This document shows, one piece after another, positions 1 through 8,245 of a DNA stretch of 64,000 bases. Origin of the DNA: Myxococcota bacterium (GTDB taxonomy: Bacteria > Myxococcota_A > UBA9160 > UBA6930). The notes below the pieces were generated by a model, which was given only the letters and a program-made list of their open reading frames with translations, was not told where the DNA came from and made no database searches. The stretch spans positions 1,760,001-1,824,000 of the forward strand of contig OZ245002.1 in the NCBI GenBank assembly GCA_965223415.1. The letters run 5' to 3'. Every line of letters starts with the position of its first letter. Position 1 is the stretch's first letter. The position numbers were made by a program, and so were the translations under genes.

Positions 1-179
1 CACAGGGTGGTCTTGCCCGTGCCGACCTCGCCGGTGACGCAGATGAAGCCCTCGCCCTGCTCGATTCCGTACAGCAGGTGCGCCAGGGCTTCCCGGTGGG
101 GATCCGCCAGGAAGAGATAGCGAGGGTCCGGGCTCAGGGAGAAGGGCTTCTCCCGGAGACCGTAGAACTGGGTATACAT
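1..179 (-). CDS. ExeA/GspA-family AAA ATPase, N-terminal part (runs off the window)
   Basis: Hand translation from ATG 179: MYTQFYGLREKPFSLSPDPRYLFLADPHREALAHLLYGIEQGEGFICVTGEVGTGKTTL. This is the typical ExeA N-terminus plus Walker A. Not in the ORF track. Confidence 0.9.
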   Translation of the reverse strand, partial: MYTQFYGLREKPFSLSPDPRYLFLADPHREALAHLLYGIEQGEGFICVTGEVGTGKTTL

Positions 180-254
180 GGAGGTGCCGGCCCCGAGCGG
201 GTCCGGACGAGGGTACCAGGCGAGCCCCCGAAGGGGAAAGCGTGGAGGACGAGA

Positions 255-1088
255 GTGTCAGGGGCGGAGCGGGCGATGGGCGTCGACCTGGGGGCGAGCC
301 TGGCGAAGCTGGCGATCCGCCACGGCCCGGGCGAGCGGGAGCTGCGGCTGTTGCCGGCGGAGGACGAGGGCGCCGTGCTCGGGGCGGTGGAGGAGCTAGC
401 ACCCCAGCGTGTCGGCCTCACCGGCGCCGGCGCCACGGGATTGGCCGGCCGGCTGCCCGGGGAGCCCCTGCTCGTGAACGAGTTCGCGGCCTGGGGCCGG
501 GGGGCGGCGGTGCTGCTCGACCAGCGCGAGGGCGGCGAAACGGAGCCCTTCCTGCTCGTCTCCCTCGGCACGGGCACCTCGGTGATGCTGTGCGACGGCG
601 TGGCGGTCAGCCGGATCGGCGGCACCGCGCTCGGCGGCGGCACCGTGCTGGGCCTCGGCGCGCTCCTGGTGGGCGAGGCGTCCTTCGAGCGCCTCGCCAC
701 GCTCGCGACCCAGGGCGACCGGCGCCGGGTGGACCTCCTGGTGGGCGACATCTACGAGCCGGGCCAGATCGCCCTCATCGGCGATGCCACGGCGGCCGCC
801 TTCGGCAAGCCAGGCATCCGCGGCGAGCCGCCGGCGGCCGAGGACCTCGCCCAGGCCATCATGGGCCTGGTCGGCGAGAACGTGGCGCTGCTCTGCTCGG
901 CCCTCGCGAGCGCGCACCAGGTGAAGCGCATCGTGTTCGGCGGCTCGACCCTGCGCCACAACGGCGCTCTTCGCGCGATCCTGCTCGGCACCACCGCCGC
1001 TTTCGGCCGCGAGCCGGTCTCCCTCGACGACGGCGAGTTCGCCGGCGCCCTCGGCGCCCTCGCCCTGGTCCGCGAAACCGCCGCCTGA
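255..1088 (+). CDS. Type II (CoaW/fumble-like) pantothenate kinase
   Basis: Motifs GVDLGASLAK, LTGAGA, VNEF, LLVSLGTGTS and RIGGTALGGGT. GTG start follows GGAGGA. Confidence 0.8.
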   Translation: MSGAERAMGVDLGASLAKLAIRHGPGERELRLLPAEDEGAVLGAVEELAPQRVGLTGAGATGLAGRLPGEPLLVNEFAAWGRGAAVLLDQREGGETEPFLLVSLGTGTSVMLCDGVAVSRIGGTALGGGTVLGLGALLVGEASFERLATLATQGDRRRVDLLVGDIYEPGQIALIGDATAAAFGKPGIRGEPPAAEDLAQAIMGLVGENVALLCSALASAHQVKRIVFGGSTLRHNGALRAILLGTTAAFGREPVSLDDGEFAGALGALALVRETAA

Positions 1089-1129
1089 GAACGCAAGCCC
1101 GGGGACGTTCCGTCCCCGGGCTTGCGTTC
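1089..1129. repeat. REP-like palindrome, family A (19-bp stem); probable bidirectional terminator
   Basis: gaacgcaagcccggggacg-ttc-cgtccccgggcttgcgttc lies between convergent stop codons. Its GGGGACGTTCC core recurs in the elements at 28176, 34251 and 59450. Confidence 0.85.
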
Positions 1130-2618
1130 AGAGCTTGGGGGCGGGCTCGCTGGGCTCGTCTTCGGGACGGGCGATGGTGCGCAGGACGCGCTGGGTGCGG
1201 GCGATGGCGGCGCGTTGGACCCGGAGCTCCTCGGTCTGGGCCGATGCTTGACGCTCGAGGCGCTCCTTGGCGTCGACGACCTCCTCGAGGCGTGTCTCCA
1301 GGTGCGCGATGCGGCGCTCGAACTCCTCGACGATCTTCCCTACCTCGGCGTTGCCGACTTCGTTGGGGCCGACCGCGGCCATCGGTGCGACGGGAGCCAC
1401 CGGAACGGCGGGCGCGCCGCCGATGCCGGCGGGCGCCGGGAAGTCCTCTTCCGGATCGTCGGTTCCCTCCACGACGGCCTCCTCCGCAGGCGCGCCCTCG
1501 TGGACGGCGCCGGGCTCGATGTCGTACTGGCTCGCCGGCGGCAGGCCCTCGTCCCGGGCCCCGGCGGCGCCCTCTCCCTCCAGGCCTTCGGAGAAGGCGA
1601 AGCCGGCCTCGGGCTCGGCATCCTCCGCCACGTCGAGGGGCGAGAGGACCTCGCCCTCGTCGGCATCGGCGCTTCCCCGCCGGCGGCGCCCCAGCACGAA
1701 CAGCAGGGCCACGACCGCGAGGCCGGCCAGGGCGGTCAGTACGACCGGGCTGCCGAGCAGGCTTCCGCTGCCCTGGGCCGCGGGCGGCTCCAAGGGCGGC
1801 GTCGCCACCGGCGCGTCGGCGAGGGGCTCCTCGGAAACGACTTCGCCGATCTCCACGCCGGCGAAGGCGTCGTCGGACCCCGGCTCGGGCTCGAGCCCTT
1901 CCGGCGCGTCCCCGAGCACCTCGCCTTCGAGGAGCGGCTCGTCGAGCGCCGCGAGCTCTGCTTCGGCCAGCGCCTCGTCCATCGCGGCGTCGTCCGCCGG
2001 ATCGACCAGGTCGTCGCCGGCCATGGCCAGCTCTTCGACGGCGGCGTCGGAAGGGGCGAGCTCGTCCGCGGCTTCGACGGCGCCCTCGTCCGCCGGGGCG
2101 AGGGGCTCGGCCACCGCGGCCAGCTCCCCGCTCTCCCGCAGCGGCTCCGCCGCGGGCGCGGGACTCGCGGTGAGGCTCGACACCAGGGAAGCCTTCCCGG
2201 CCCCCGGATCGAAGAAGTCCAGCACGATCCGGTCCGGCCCCCGGAGCACGAGCTCCTTCATCTCGGCATCGCCCGACAGCCGGATGCGGACGTCGGTCTT
2301 GCCGCTCTCCCCGGCGCGCACGCGAACCGCCCGGATATGCCGGCTCTTGGCCGGACGGATCGGCGCGATCTCGCTGGGCGCGGCGTCGAGGGCGACGATC
2401 AGCACCTGGCTGCCGTCTTCCTTGGGCTGCATCCCGACCAGCTGGTAGGGCGAAATGCCGTCGAGCTGGAAGACCACCCGCGAGTAGTCGGCGTGAACGC
2501 CGACCCGCACGTCGGTCAGGTTTGCGCCGCTCGCCGGGCCGGCGAGCAGCAGGACCACGCCGGCGATCAAGACGATCGTTCGGCCGCGGCCTTGGTCACG
2601 GAGCATTCGACACGGCAC
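1128..2618 (-). CDS. Membrane protein: signal peptide, AMIN-like domain, acidic linker, TM helix, C-terminal coiled coil
   Basis: Signal-like N-terminus, LTDVRVGVHADYSRVVFQLD...PDRIVLDF, TM segment VVLTALAGLAVVALLFVLGRRRR and a heptad-like C-terminus. Start is 2618 or 2606. Confidence 0.7.
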   Translation of the reverse strand: MPCRMLRDQGRGRTIVLIAGVVLLLAGPASGANLTDVRVGVHADYSRVVFQLDGISPYQLVGMQPKEDGSQVLIVALDAAPSEIAPIRPAKSRHIRAVRVRAGESGKTDVRIRLSGDAEMKELVLRGPDRIVLDFFDPGAGKASLVSSLTASPAPAAEPLRESGELAAVAEPLAPADEGAVEAADELAPSDAAVEELAMAGDDLVDPADDAAMDEALAEAELAALDEPLLEGEVLGDAPEGLEPEPGSDDAFAGVEIGEVVSEEPLADAPVATPPLEPPAAQGSGSLLGSPVVLTALAGLAVVALLFVLGRRRRGSADADEGEVLSPLDVAEDAEPEAGFAFSEGLEGEGAAGARDEGLPPASQYDIEPGAVHEGAPAEEAVVEGTDDPEEDFPAPAGIGGAPAVPVAPVAPMAAVGPNEVGNAEVGKIVEEFERRIAHLETRLEEVVDAKERLERQASAQTEELRVQRAAIARTQRVLRTIARPEDEPSEPAPKL

Positions 2619-2624
2619 CTCTGG

Positions 2625-3452
2625 TCACCCCCCTGTAGCCATGAGGTTCCGGAGCGCATGGAGCGCTCGGAAGATGCGAGGACCGTACCAAGACACCCAT
2701 GTGCCGTCGATCACGTGGATGCGCCCGCTGCTCGCGGCCGGAACCGGCAGCCGCCCGAGCTCCTGGGCGTCCCGATCGGTGAAGGCGTAGGGCTCGTCCG
2801 GCAGCAGGATGACCTCCGGGGCCGCCGCGACGATGTCCTCCTCCCGGACCCGCGGATAGCGCCGGTCGGCCCGGTTTGCGAACACGTTCGCACCTCCGCA
2901 CAGCCGCAGCAGATCGTGGGCGTAGGTGTCGGCGCCCACGGACATCCACGGGCCCTTCCAGATCGGACAAAAGACCCGCAGCGGGCGCTCGGGAAGCGCC
3001 GCCCCGGCCTCCTCCACCGCCGCCACGGTCGGATGGACCACCCGGCGCACCGCCTCCGGCTCGGCGCCGAGCCCGGCGAGGGCTACCAGCAGATGGGCGG
3101 CCTCGCGAACGCTGCGCGGATAGGTCACCCACACGGACACTCCGGTGTCGGCCAGCTTCGCCACGTCCTGCCGGCGGTTCTCCTCGTGGTTCGCGATCAC
3201 CAGATCGGGCTCGAGGGCGAGCAGCGCCGCCACGTCCGGGTTCTTGGTGCCGCCCAGCTTGGGGAGCGGCGCGACCCCCTGGGCCGGGTGGATGCACCAG
3301 TCCGTCACGCCGACCACCCGCTCGCCCAGGCCCAGCTCGAACAGGGCCTCGGTCAGGCTCGGGACGAGGCTGACAATGCGCCGGTACGTGCCCTCGGGCC
3401 GATCCTCATGGATCCCGAGATGCGTGCCTTCGGCCCGATCCTCGTGGATCAC
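2625..3452 (-). CDS. Helical-backbone metal receptor (BtuF/cobalamin-binding-like), no signal peptide
   Basis: RIVSLVPSLTEALFELG, VGVTDWCIHP, GGTKNPD, EENRRQD, PDEPYAF and SWYGPR. GTG start overlaps the upstream TGA. Confidence 0.85.
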   Translation of the reverse strand: MIHEDRAEGTHLGIHEDRPEGTYRRIVSLVPSLTEALFELGLGERVVGVTDWCIHPAQGVAPLPKLGGTKNPDVAALLALEPDLVIANHEENRRQDVAKLADTGVSVWVTYPRSVREAAHLLVALAGLGAEPEAVRRVVHPTVAAVEEAGAALPERPLRVFCPIWKGPWMSVGADTYAHDLLRLCGGANVFANRADRRYPRVREEDIVAAAPEVILLPDEPYAFTDRDAQELGRLPVPAASSGRIHVIDGTWVSWYGPRIFRALHALRNLMATGG

Positions 3453-3456
3453 GAGA
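3385..3456. repeat. 36-bp imperfect tandem duplication spanning a gene junction
   Basis: 3385-3420 and 3421-3456 match at 31/36 positions. The duplication encodes IHEDRAEGTH/IHEDRPEGTY. Confidence 0.85.
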
Positions 3457-4606
3457 AGTCGACGGCGAGAACGCCGCCCTGGAGGCTGGCCCGGTAGACC
3501 GGACGCCCCACGAGGCTGCGGGGCAGGGCCACGACCCGGCTGGCGTCCCGCAGCCGGATGAGCAGATCGTCGCCGCGGGTCCCGACCTCCAGGGCCTCCT
3601 TGGTCGCGCCGGGCAGCTCGATCTCGAGGCGCGTGCGCCCCGAGTGGGTGCGCAGCCGAATCGGCCGCCCCTGCCGCCAGAGCGCCCCGGGGTCGCGCTC
3701 GGCGAAGAGCCGCCCTGCCAGGGCCTGGAGCGCGGGCAGTCCCAGCACCTCGCGGGGCTCGAGCGGCGCCTCGATGCGCGGCACCGGAAACGAGCTGCGG
3801 ATCTCCTCCAGCACCGCCCGCTCCCGCTCGCCCCAGCGGCCGAACCACCCGCCGGCGGCGGATTCCGGCAGGACCCGGTTCACGATCACCCCGTCGGTGG
3901 CGACACCGTAGAGCGACAGGTAGGCGAAGGAGCGGCGGGCCTCCTCCAGCACCACCTGGGTCGGGTTGACGACGAGCCGCGCCGTCGTGCGGCTGGTGTC
4001 CATCAGGATCTCCCGCACGTCGTCCACGTCGCCCCACAGCCGCTCGAAGGCGTCAAAGATCTCTTCGCCCGGCACGAGAGCGCCCGCCCGGAAGGGCTCG
4101 AGCAGCGGCTTCAGCAGGCGCGCTCCGCGACGCTCCAGCTCGAAGAAGTTCTCCATGAACAGCCGCAGCACGTCCGGGAAGCGGAGCATGCGCAGGGTCG
4201 AGCCGGTCGGCGCGCAGTCGACCACGCACACGTCGAAGTCGCCGGTGGCCTCGACGTCGCGGACGGCGCGAAGGGCGATGAGCTCCTCCAGCCCCGGGAA
4301 GACCAGCAGCTCGTCGGCGACGAGGCTGTCCACGTCGTCCTTCAGCAGCTGACGCAGGTAGCGCTGCAGCACGCCCCAGCTGCGATCGAGCTCGTCGAGG
4401 GCCGACACCTCCTGGGCCACGACGCCCTCGACCACCGGGACGGGCCGCGCGCCGACGGGCTGGCGCAGGGCGTCGCCGAGGCTGTGGGCGGCGTCCGTGG
4501 AGAGGAGGAAGACCCGGTGGCCGCGAGCTGCGGCGCCGAGGGCCGTGGTGACGGCGTGGGTCGTCTTGCCGACGCCGCCCTTGCCGGTGAGCAGGATGAC
4601 CCGCAC
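3449..4606 (-). CDS. ArsA/Get3-family ATPase with C-terminal HSP20-like domain (copy 2)
   Basis: GKGGVGKTT, STDAAHSLGD, FPGLEEL, DCAPTGSTLR and a beta-rich C-terminus (LEIELPG...GDDLLIRL...LAVDF). Confidence 0.88.
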   Translation of the reverse strand: MRVILLTGKGGVGKTTHAVTTALGAAARGHRVFLLSTDAAHSLGDALRQPVGARPVPVVEGVVAQEVSALDELDRSWGVLQRYLRQLLKDDVDSLVADELLVFPGLEELIALRAVRDVEATGDFDVCVVDCAPTGSTLRMLRFPDVLRLFMENFFELERRGARLLKPLLEPFRAGALVPGEEIFDAFERLWGDVDDVREILMDTSRTTARLVVNPTQVVLEEARRSFAYLSLYGVATDGVIVNRVLPESAAGGWFGRWGERERAVLEEIRSSFPVPRIEAPLEPREVLGLPALQALAGRLFAERDPGALWRQGRPIRLRTHSGRTRLEIELPGATKEALEVGTRGDDLLIRLRDASRVVALPRSLVGRPVYRASLQGGVLAVDFS

Positions 4607-4607
4607 G

Positions 4608-5804
4608 TCAGGCCGACCCGAAACGGACCCGCAGCACGCCGTCGCGACAGCGGGCGCCGAGCACGCCCTGGCCGAGGAGGTGGCGGGGCAGCGGAATGGG
4701 CCGGCGCAGGCCGCCGGCGCGCACCACGAGCTGGTCGCCGACCCGCGCCACCTCGAGCTGGTCGGCGCGGGCGTTCGGCAGCGGCACGCGGAGGGCATAG
4801 CCCTCGCCGTCCGGCTCGAACCGCAGGCCCGGCTCCCGACACAGGACGGCCGCCGGGTCCCGCTCGTCGAAGAGGGCGGCGCCCTGGGCCCGGAGCCGCG
4901 ACAGGCCGGTGACCTCGTCGTCCTGGAGCGGACCGACCAGGAGGGGGAGAGGCGCGAACAGCGATGCGACCTCGCGCCGGCGCTCCTTCTGCTGGCGAGC
5001 CCACTCGGCGAAGAAGGGCTCGCCGGCGGCTTGCGCCGGAAGGAGCCGGTTCATCACGACCGCGTCCACGGCCACGTCGAACAGCGCCAGGTCGGTGCGT
5101 GCGCGCAGGCTCTCGTCGATCACCATCCGCTCGGGCGTCAGCACGAGCCGCACGCTCGTCCCCGGGTCGGCCAGGCGGTCCCGCAGCCGGCCGAGCTGCC
5201 GGTAGATCAGCGCCTCGGCATCGCGGAACACCTCGGAGCCCGGAAGCGGCGCCGCCACCAGGTTGCGGGCGAGGGGTGTGACGAGGGAGGTGAGCGCCCG
5301 CTGCACCTTGAGCAGGATGCGGAGCGCGGCGTGGGCGGCTTCCGGCAGCGTCAGCAGGCGCAGCGCGGAATCCGTGGGCGCGCAGTCGACCACGACCAGG
5401 TCGTAGTCGCCCTTGCGCGCCCAGCCGTCGACGGCCAGTAAGGTGGTCAGCTCCTCCAGGCCGGGCAGCAGGGCCAGCTCGTCGGCGACGACCTCCTCGA
5501 TCCCCTGGTGGCGGAAGAGCTGGCCGAGGTAGTCGCGCACGGCACCCCAGTGGCGCTCCACCTCGGTCCGGGCGTCCACCTCGGCGGCGAGCAGCCTACC
5601 GGGGTGGGGGGCTCCGGGAAGCGCGATGGGCTCCGGCTCGGCCCCGAGCGGCGCCCCTGGACGGAGCACGTCCCCCAGGCTGTGGGCGGCGTCTGCCGAG
5701 GCGACCAGGACCCGCTTGCCGCGAGCGGCCGCCCAGACGGCCGTGGCCGCGGCCGTGGTCGTCTTGCCGACGCCTCCCTTCCCGGTGTACAGGACGACGC
5801 GCAC
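4608..5804 (-). CDS. ArsA/Get3-family ATPase with C-terminal HSP20-like domain (copy 1)
   Basis: GKGGVGKTT, SADAAHSLGD, LPGLEEL, DCAPTDSALR and C-terminus YALRVPLP...GDQLVVRAG...LRVRF. Confidence 0.88.
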   Translation of the reverse strand: MRVVLYTGKGGVGKTTTAAATAVWAAARGKRVLVASADAAHSLGDVLRPGAPLGAEPEPIALPGAPHPGRLLAAEVDARTEVERHWGAVRDYLGQLFRHQGIEEVVADELALLPGLEELTTLLAVDGWARKGDYDLVVVDCAPTDSALRLLTLPEAAHAALRILLKVQRALTSLVTPLARNLVAAPLPGSEVFRDAEALIYRQLGRLRDRLADPGTSVRLVLTPERMVIDESLRARTDLALFDVAVDAVVMNRLLPAQAAGEPFFAEWARQQKERRREVASLFAPLPLLVGPLQDDEVTGLSRLRAQGAALFDERDPAAVLCREPGLRFEPDGEGYALRVPLPNARADQLEVARVGDQLVVRAGGLRRPIPLPRHLLGQGVLGARCRDGVLRVRFGSA

Positions 5805-5819
5805 ACCGGGACGGTAGGG

Positions 5820-6032
5820 CTAGGCAGCCGCCGCCGCCGCGACCCGGTCGAGGCGCGCGGGCCGCGGAGAGCCCAGGCGCAGCGGGGTGGAAACGGCCCG
5901 CTCGGTCCAGCGGTGGTCGCAGCGCGGGCACTCGGCGAGCAGAACGACGCCGCGATCGACGACCTGATCGGTCTCGACCTCGGTGAAGCCACAGACGAGG
6001 CAGCGGGTGAGGGTGCGGGTGGCAGCGGTCAT
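5820..6032 (-). CDS. Small Zn-ribbon protein
   Basis: CLVC and CPRCDHRW motifs. AGGAGG RBS. Confidence 0.7.
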   Translation of the reverse strand: MTAATRTLTRCLVCGFTEVETDQVVDRGVVLLAECPRCDHRWTERAVSTPLRLGSPRPARLDRVAAAAAA

Positions 6033-6270
6033 GGGGCCTCCTGGCTCTCCATGGATCTCTCCATGGTGGGGGAGCGCCCCCGGCGGCGATCTCGTTGGGG
6101 GCCGTGATACCGCCGGGGGCTCGGGGGGGTTGGGGGCGTGCCGTCATCACGAGGATCAGGAAACCAGCCGCCTGTGACGGTTCCGGTCACGGAGGCGAAA
6201 AAAAACCGAACCTCCGGCGCGGCTCCGGCAAAGCCCGTAGCCTGTGCCTCCCCGCCCCGGAGGAGGAGCC

Positions 6271-6912
6271 ATGCCCAGCGAGGTGCCGTCGGTCCGGCCG
6301 GTTCCCGGCCTCGCCCTGCTGGCCGACGATCTGCGCGCGTTGACGGAGCAGATGCTGCGTGTTCCGGCCCTGCCCGCCGACGCCGCGGAGGCGGTGGCCC
6401 GGACGCGTCGGGACCTCCGGGCCCTCACCCGCCAGCTCGCCGCCCACGCCCCCGACGACCGCACTCCGCGGATGGGGCCGGAGCCCGCCGCCCAGCGCCC
6501 CTACTTCGTGAGCGGCGTGATCCTGGGTGACCATCACCCCCTGCGCCCGGACCTCACCGTCTCGCACCGGCCCGGGGTGACCCGCGGCACGGTCCGCTTC
6601 GGCGTCACCTTCGAGGGGCCGCCCGGCAGCGTCCACGGCGGCTTCGTCGCCCATTTCTTCGATCAGGTGCTGGGCCAGCACAACCTGAACGAGCACATCC
6701 CGGCGATGACCGGCTCGTTGACCGTCCGCTACCGCGCCGCCACGCCGATCCTCACCGAGCTCGCCTTCGAGGTGCGCCACGAGCGCGTCGGCGAGCGCAA
6801 GGTGCGCACCTCGGGCGCCCTCGAGGCCGCGGGCACCGTGTACGCCGAAGGCGAGGGCACCTTCATCATCCCCCGCAATGCCCATTGGAGCGAAGGAGGC
6901 CCGGAAGCGTGA
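6271..6912 (+). CDS. PaaI-family hotdog thioesterase
   Basis: FEGPPGSVHGGFVAHFFDQVLG and MTGSLTVRYR. AGGAGG RBS. Confidence 0.85.
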   Translation: MPSEVPSVRPVPGLALLADDLRALTEQMLRVPALPADAAEAVARTRRDLRALTRQLAAHAPDDRTPRMGPEPAAQRPYFVSGVILGDHHPLRPDLTVSHRPGVTRGTVRFGVTFEGPPGSVHGGFVAHFFDQVLGQHNLNEHIPAMTGSLTVRYRAATPILTELAFEVRHERVGERKVRTSGALEAAGTVYAEGEGTFIIPRNAHWSEGGPEA

Positions 6913-7295
6913 GCCTGGAATCGAAACGCATCGTCGTCGATGGCGTCGGCCGCCTGCCCGTCTTCTCCCATGCCGCCACCGCCGGCGACCTGATCTTCGT
7001 GTCGGGCACCCTCGGCACCGAGCCGGGAGGCGTCTCGCTCGTACCGGGCGGCATCGGGCCGGAGACGAAGCAGACCCTCGAGAACATCCGCACCATCCTG
7101 GAAGGGGCCGGCGCGAGCCTGGCCGACGTGATCAAGGTGAGCGTCTACGTCACCGACATGGCCGACTTCCGCGCGATGAACGAAGCCTACGCCGGGTTCT
7201 TCCCCGCAGAGCCGCCGGCGCGGATCACCCTGCAGGTGGCGGGGCTCGCCCTGGGCGCGGCGGTGGAGATCGAGTGCGTGGCGGTGCGGCGCTAG
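6909..7295 (+). CDS. RidA/YjgF family protein
   Basis: FSHA, IFVSG, MNEAYAGFF, PPARIT and VEIECVA. GTGA overlap with the upstream gene. Confidence 0.9.
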   Translation: MSLESKRIVVDGVGRLPVFSHAATAGDLIFVSGTLGTEPGGVSLVPGGIGPETKQTLENIRTILEGAGASLADVIKVSVYVTDMADFRAMNEAYAGFFPAEPPARITLQVAGLALGAAVEIECVAVRR

Positions 7296-8245
7296 CCGAG
7301 CGCCCGCCACGCCGCGCAGAGCTCCCGGGCGGCCTCCGGCCAGCTCGGATGGTCGAAGACGAACCCGGCCTCGAGCAGACGTCCCGGGACGACGCGGCGG
7401 CTCTTCAGCACCAGCTCGGTCTCGGTGCGCAGGAAGAGCGCGCCGACCTCGAGCATCCAGCGCGTGGCGGGCAGGCCGATGCGGGTGCCCCAGGCCTCGC
7501 GGAGCGCTCTCATGAAATCCGCGTTGGGAAGCGGCGCCGGCGCGGTGAGGTTCACGACGCCGCGGAACTCCGGATGGTCGAGGAGCCAGCGGATCGCGCC
7601 CACGAAGTCGCCGTGGTGGATCCACGAGACGAACTGACGCCCGTCGCCGGAGGTCCCGCCGAGGCCGCGGCGCGCCAGACCCAGCAGGACGTCGAAGATG
7701 CCGCCCCGGTCTGGGCTCAGGACGATCGCGGAGCGCAGCTTGATGTGGCGCGTTCCCGGTGTCTCGCACTCTTCGAAGGCCTGCTCCCAGGCCTTGGCGA
7801 CCTCGGTGCTGAAGCGCCAGGTGGCGGGCACGCCCGGCTCGTCGCCACCGAGGGGACCGGTCTCGTCGTTGGCCGCGTCGTAGCGATGGGCGTAGATCGT
7901 GGCGGTGCTCGACTGGAGCCACGTCTTCGGCGGATCGGTGCACCGGGCGACGGCCTCGCCGAGGACGCGGGTCGATTCGATTCGGGAATCGAGGATGCGC
8001 CGGCGATTGGCGCGGCCGTAGCGACAATCGACGGTGTGGCCCGCCAGGTTGACCAGCGCGTCGGCGCCCTCGAGCTCGGCGGCCCAGGGGCCGAGCGTCC
8101 GGCCGTCCCAGGCGACCTGGCGCGCGAGGCCGGGCGCGCTGCGGGGAGTGCGACTCAGCACCACCACCTCGTGGTCGTCGCGCCCGAAGCCACGGGCGAG
8201 GATCGTGCCCACCTGCCCCGAGCCGCCGGGCAGGACGATCTTCAC
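7292..8245 (-). CDS. TIGR01777/YfcH-like NAD-dependent epimerase (DUF1731 C-terminus)
   Basis: GGSGQVG, VNLAG, SRIEST, QFVSWIH and LKSRRVVPGRL. Confidence 0.88.
   Translation of the reverse strand: MKIVLPGGSGQVGTILARGFGRDDHEVVVLSRTPRSAPGLARQVAWDGRTLGPWAAELEGADALVNLAGHTVDCRYGRANRRRILDSRIESTRVLGEAVARCTDPPKTWLQSSTATIYAHRYDAANDETGPLGGDEPGVPATWRFSTEVAKAWEQAFEECETPGTRHIKLRSAIVLSPDRGGIFDVLLGLARRGLGGTSGDGRQFVSWIHHGDFVGAIRWLLDHPEFRGVVNLTAPAPLPNADFMRALREAWGTRIGLPATRWMLEVGALFLRTETELVLKSRRVVPGRLLEAGFVFDHPSWPEAARELCAAWRALG

Noticed and set aside
242..2173. Long R/P/G-rich alternative-frame ORFs here and throughout (e.g. 1122-3497, 41542-44841, 48578-51388)
   Set aside because: Shadow ORFs typical of high-GC DNA. 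They overlap motif-bearing genes and carry no motifs of their own.
3449..5804. Arsenic-resistance operon
   Set aside because: No arsenite pump, reductase or ArsR is present. The single-domain ATPases with HSP20-like tails fit the Get3-like class.
6173..6191. CRP/FNR-like site TGTGA...TCAC
   Set aside because: The half-sites are 9 nt apart rather than 6. It may be another operator, but nothing supports that.
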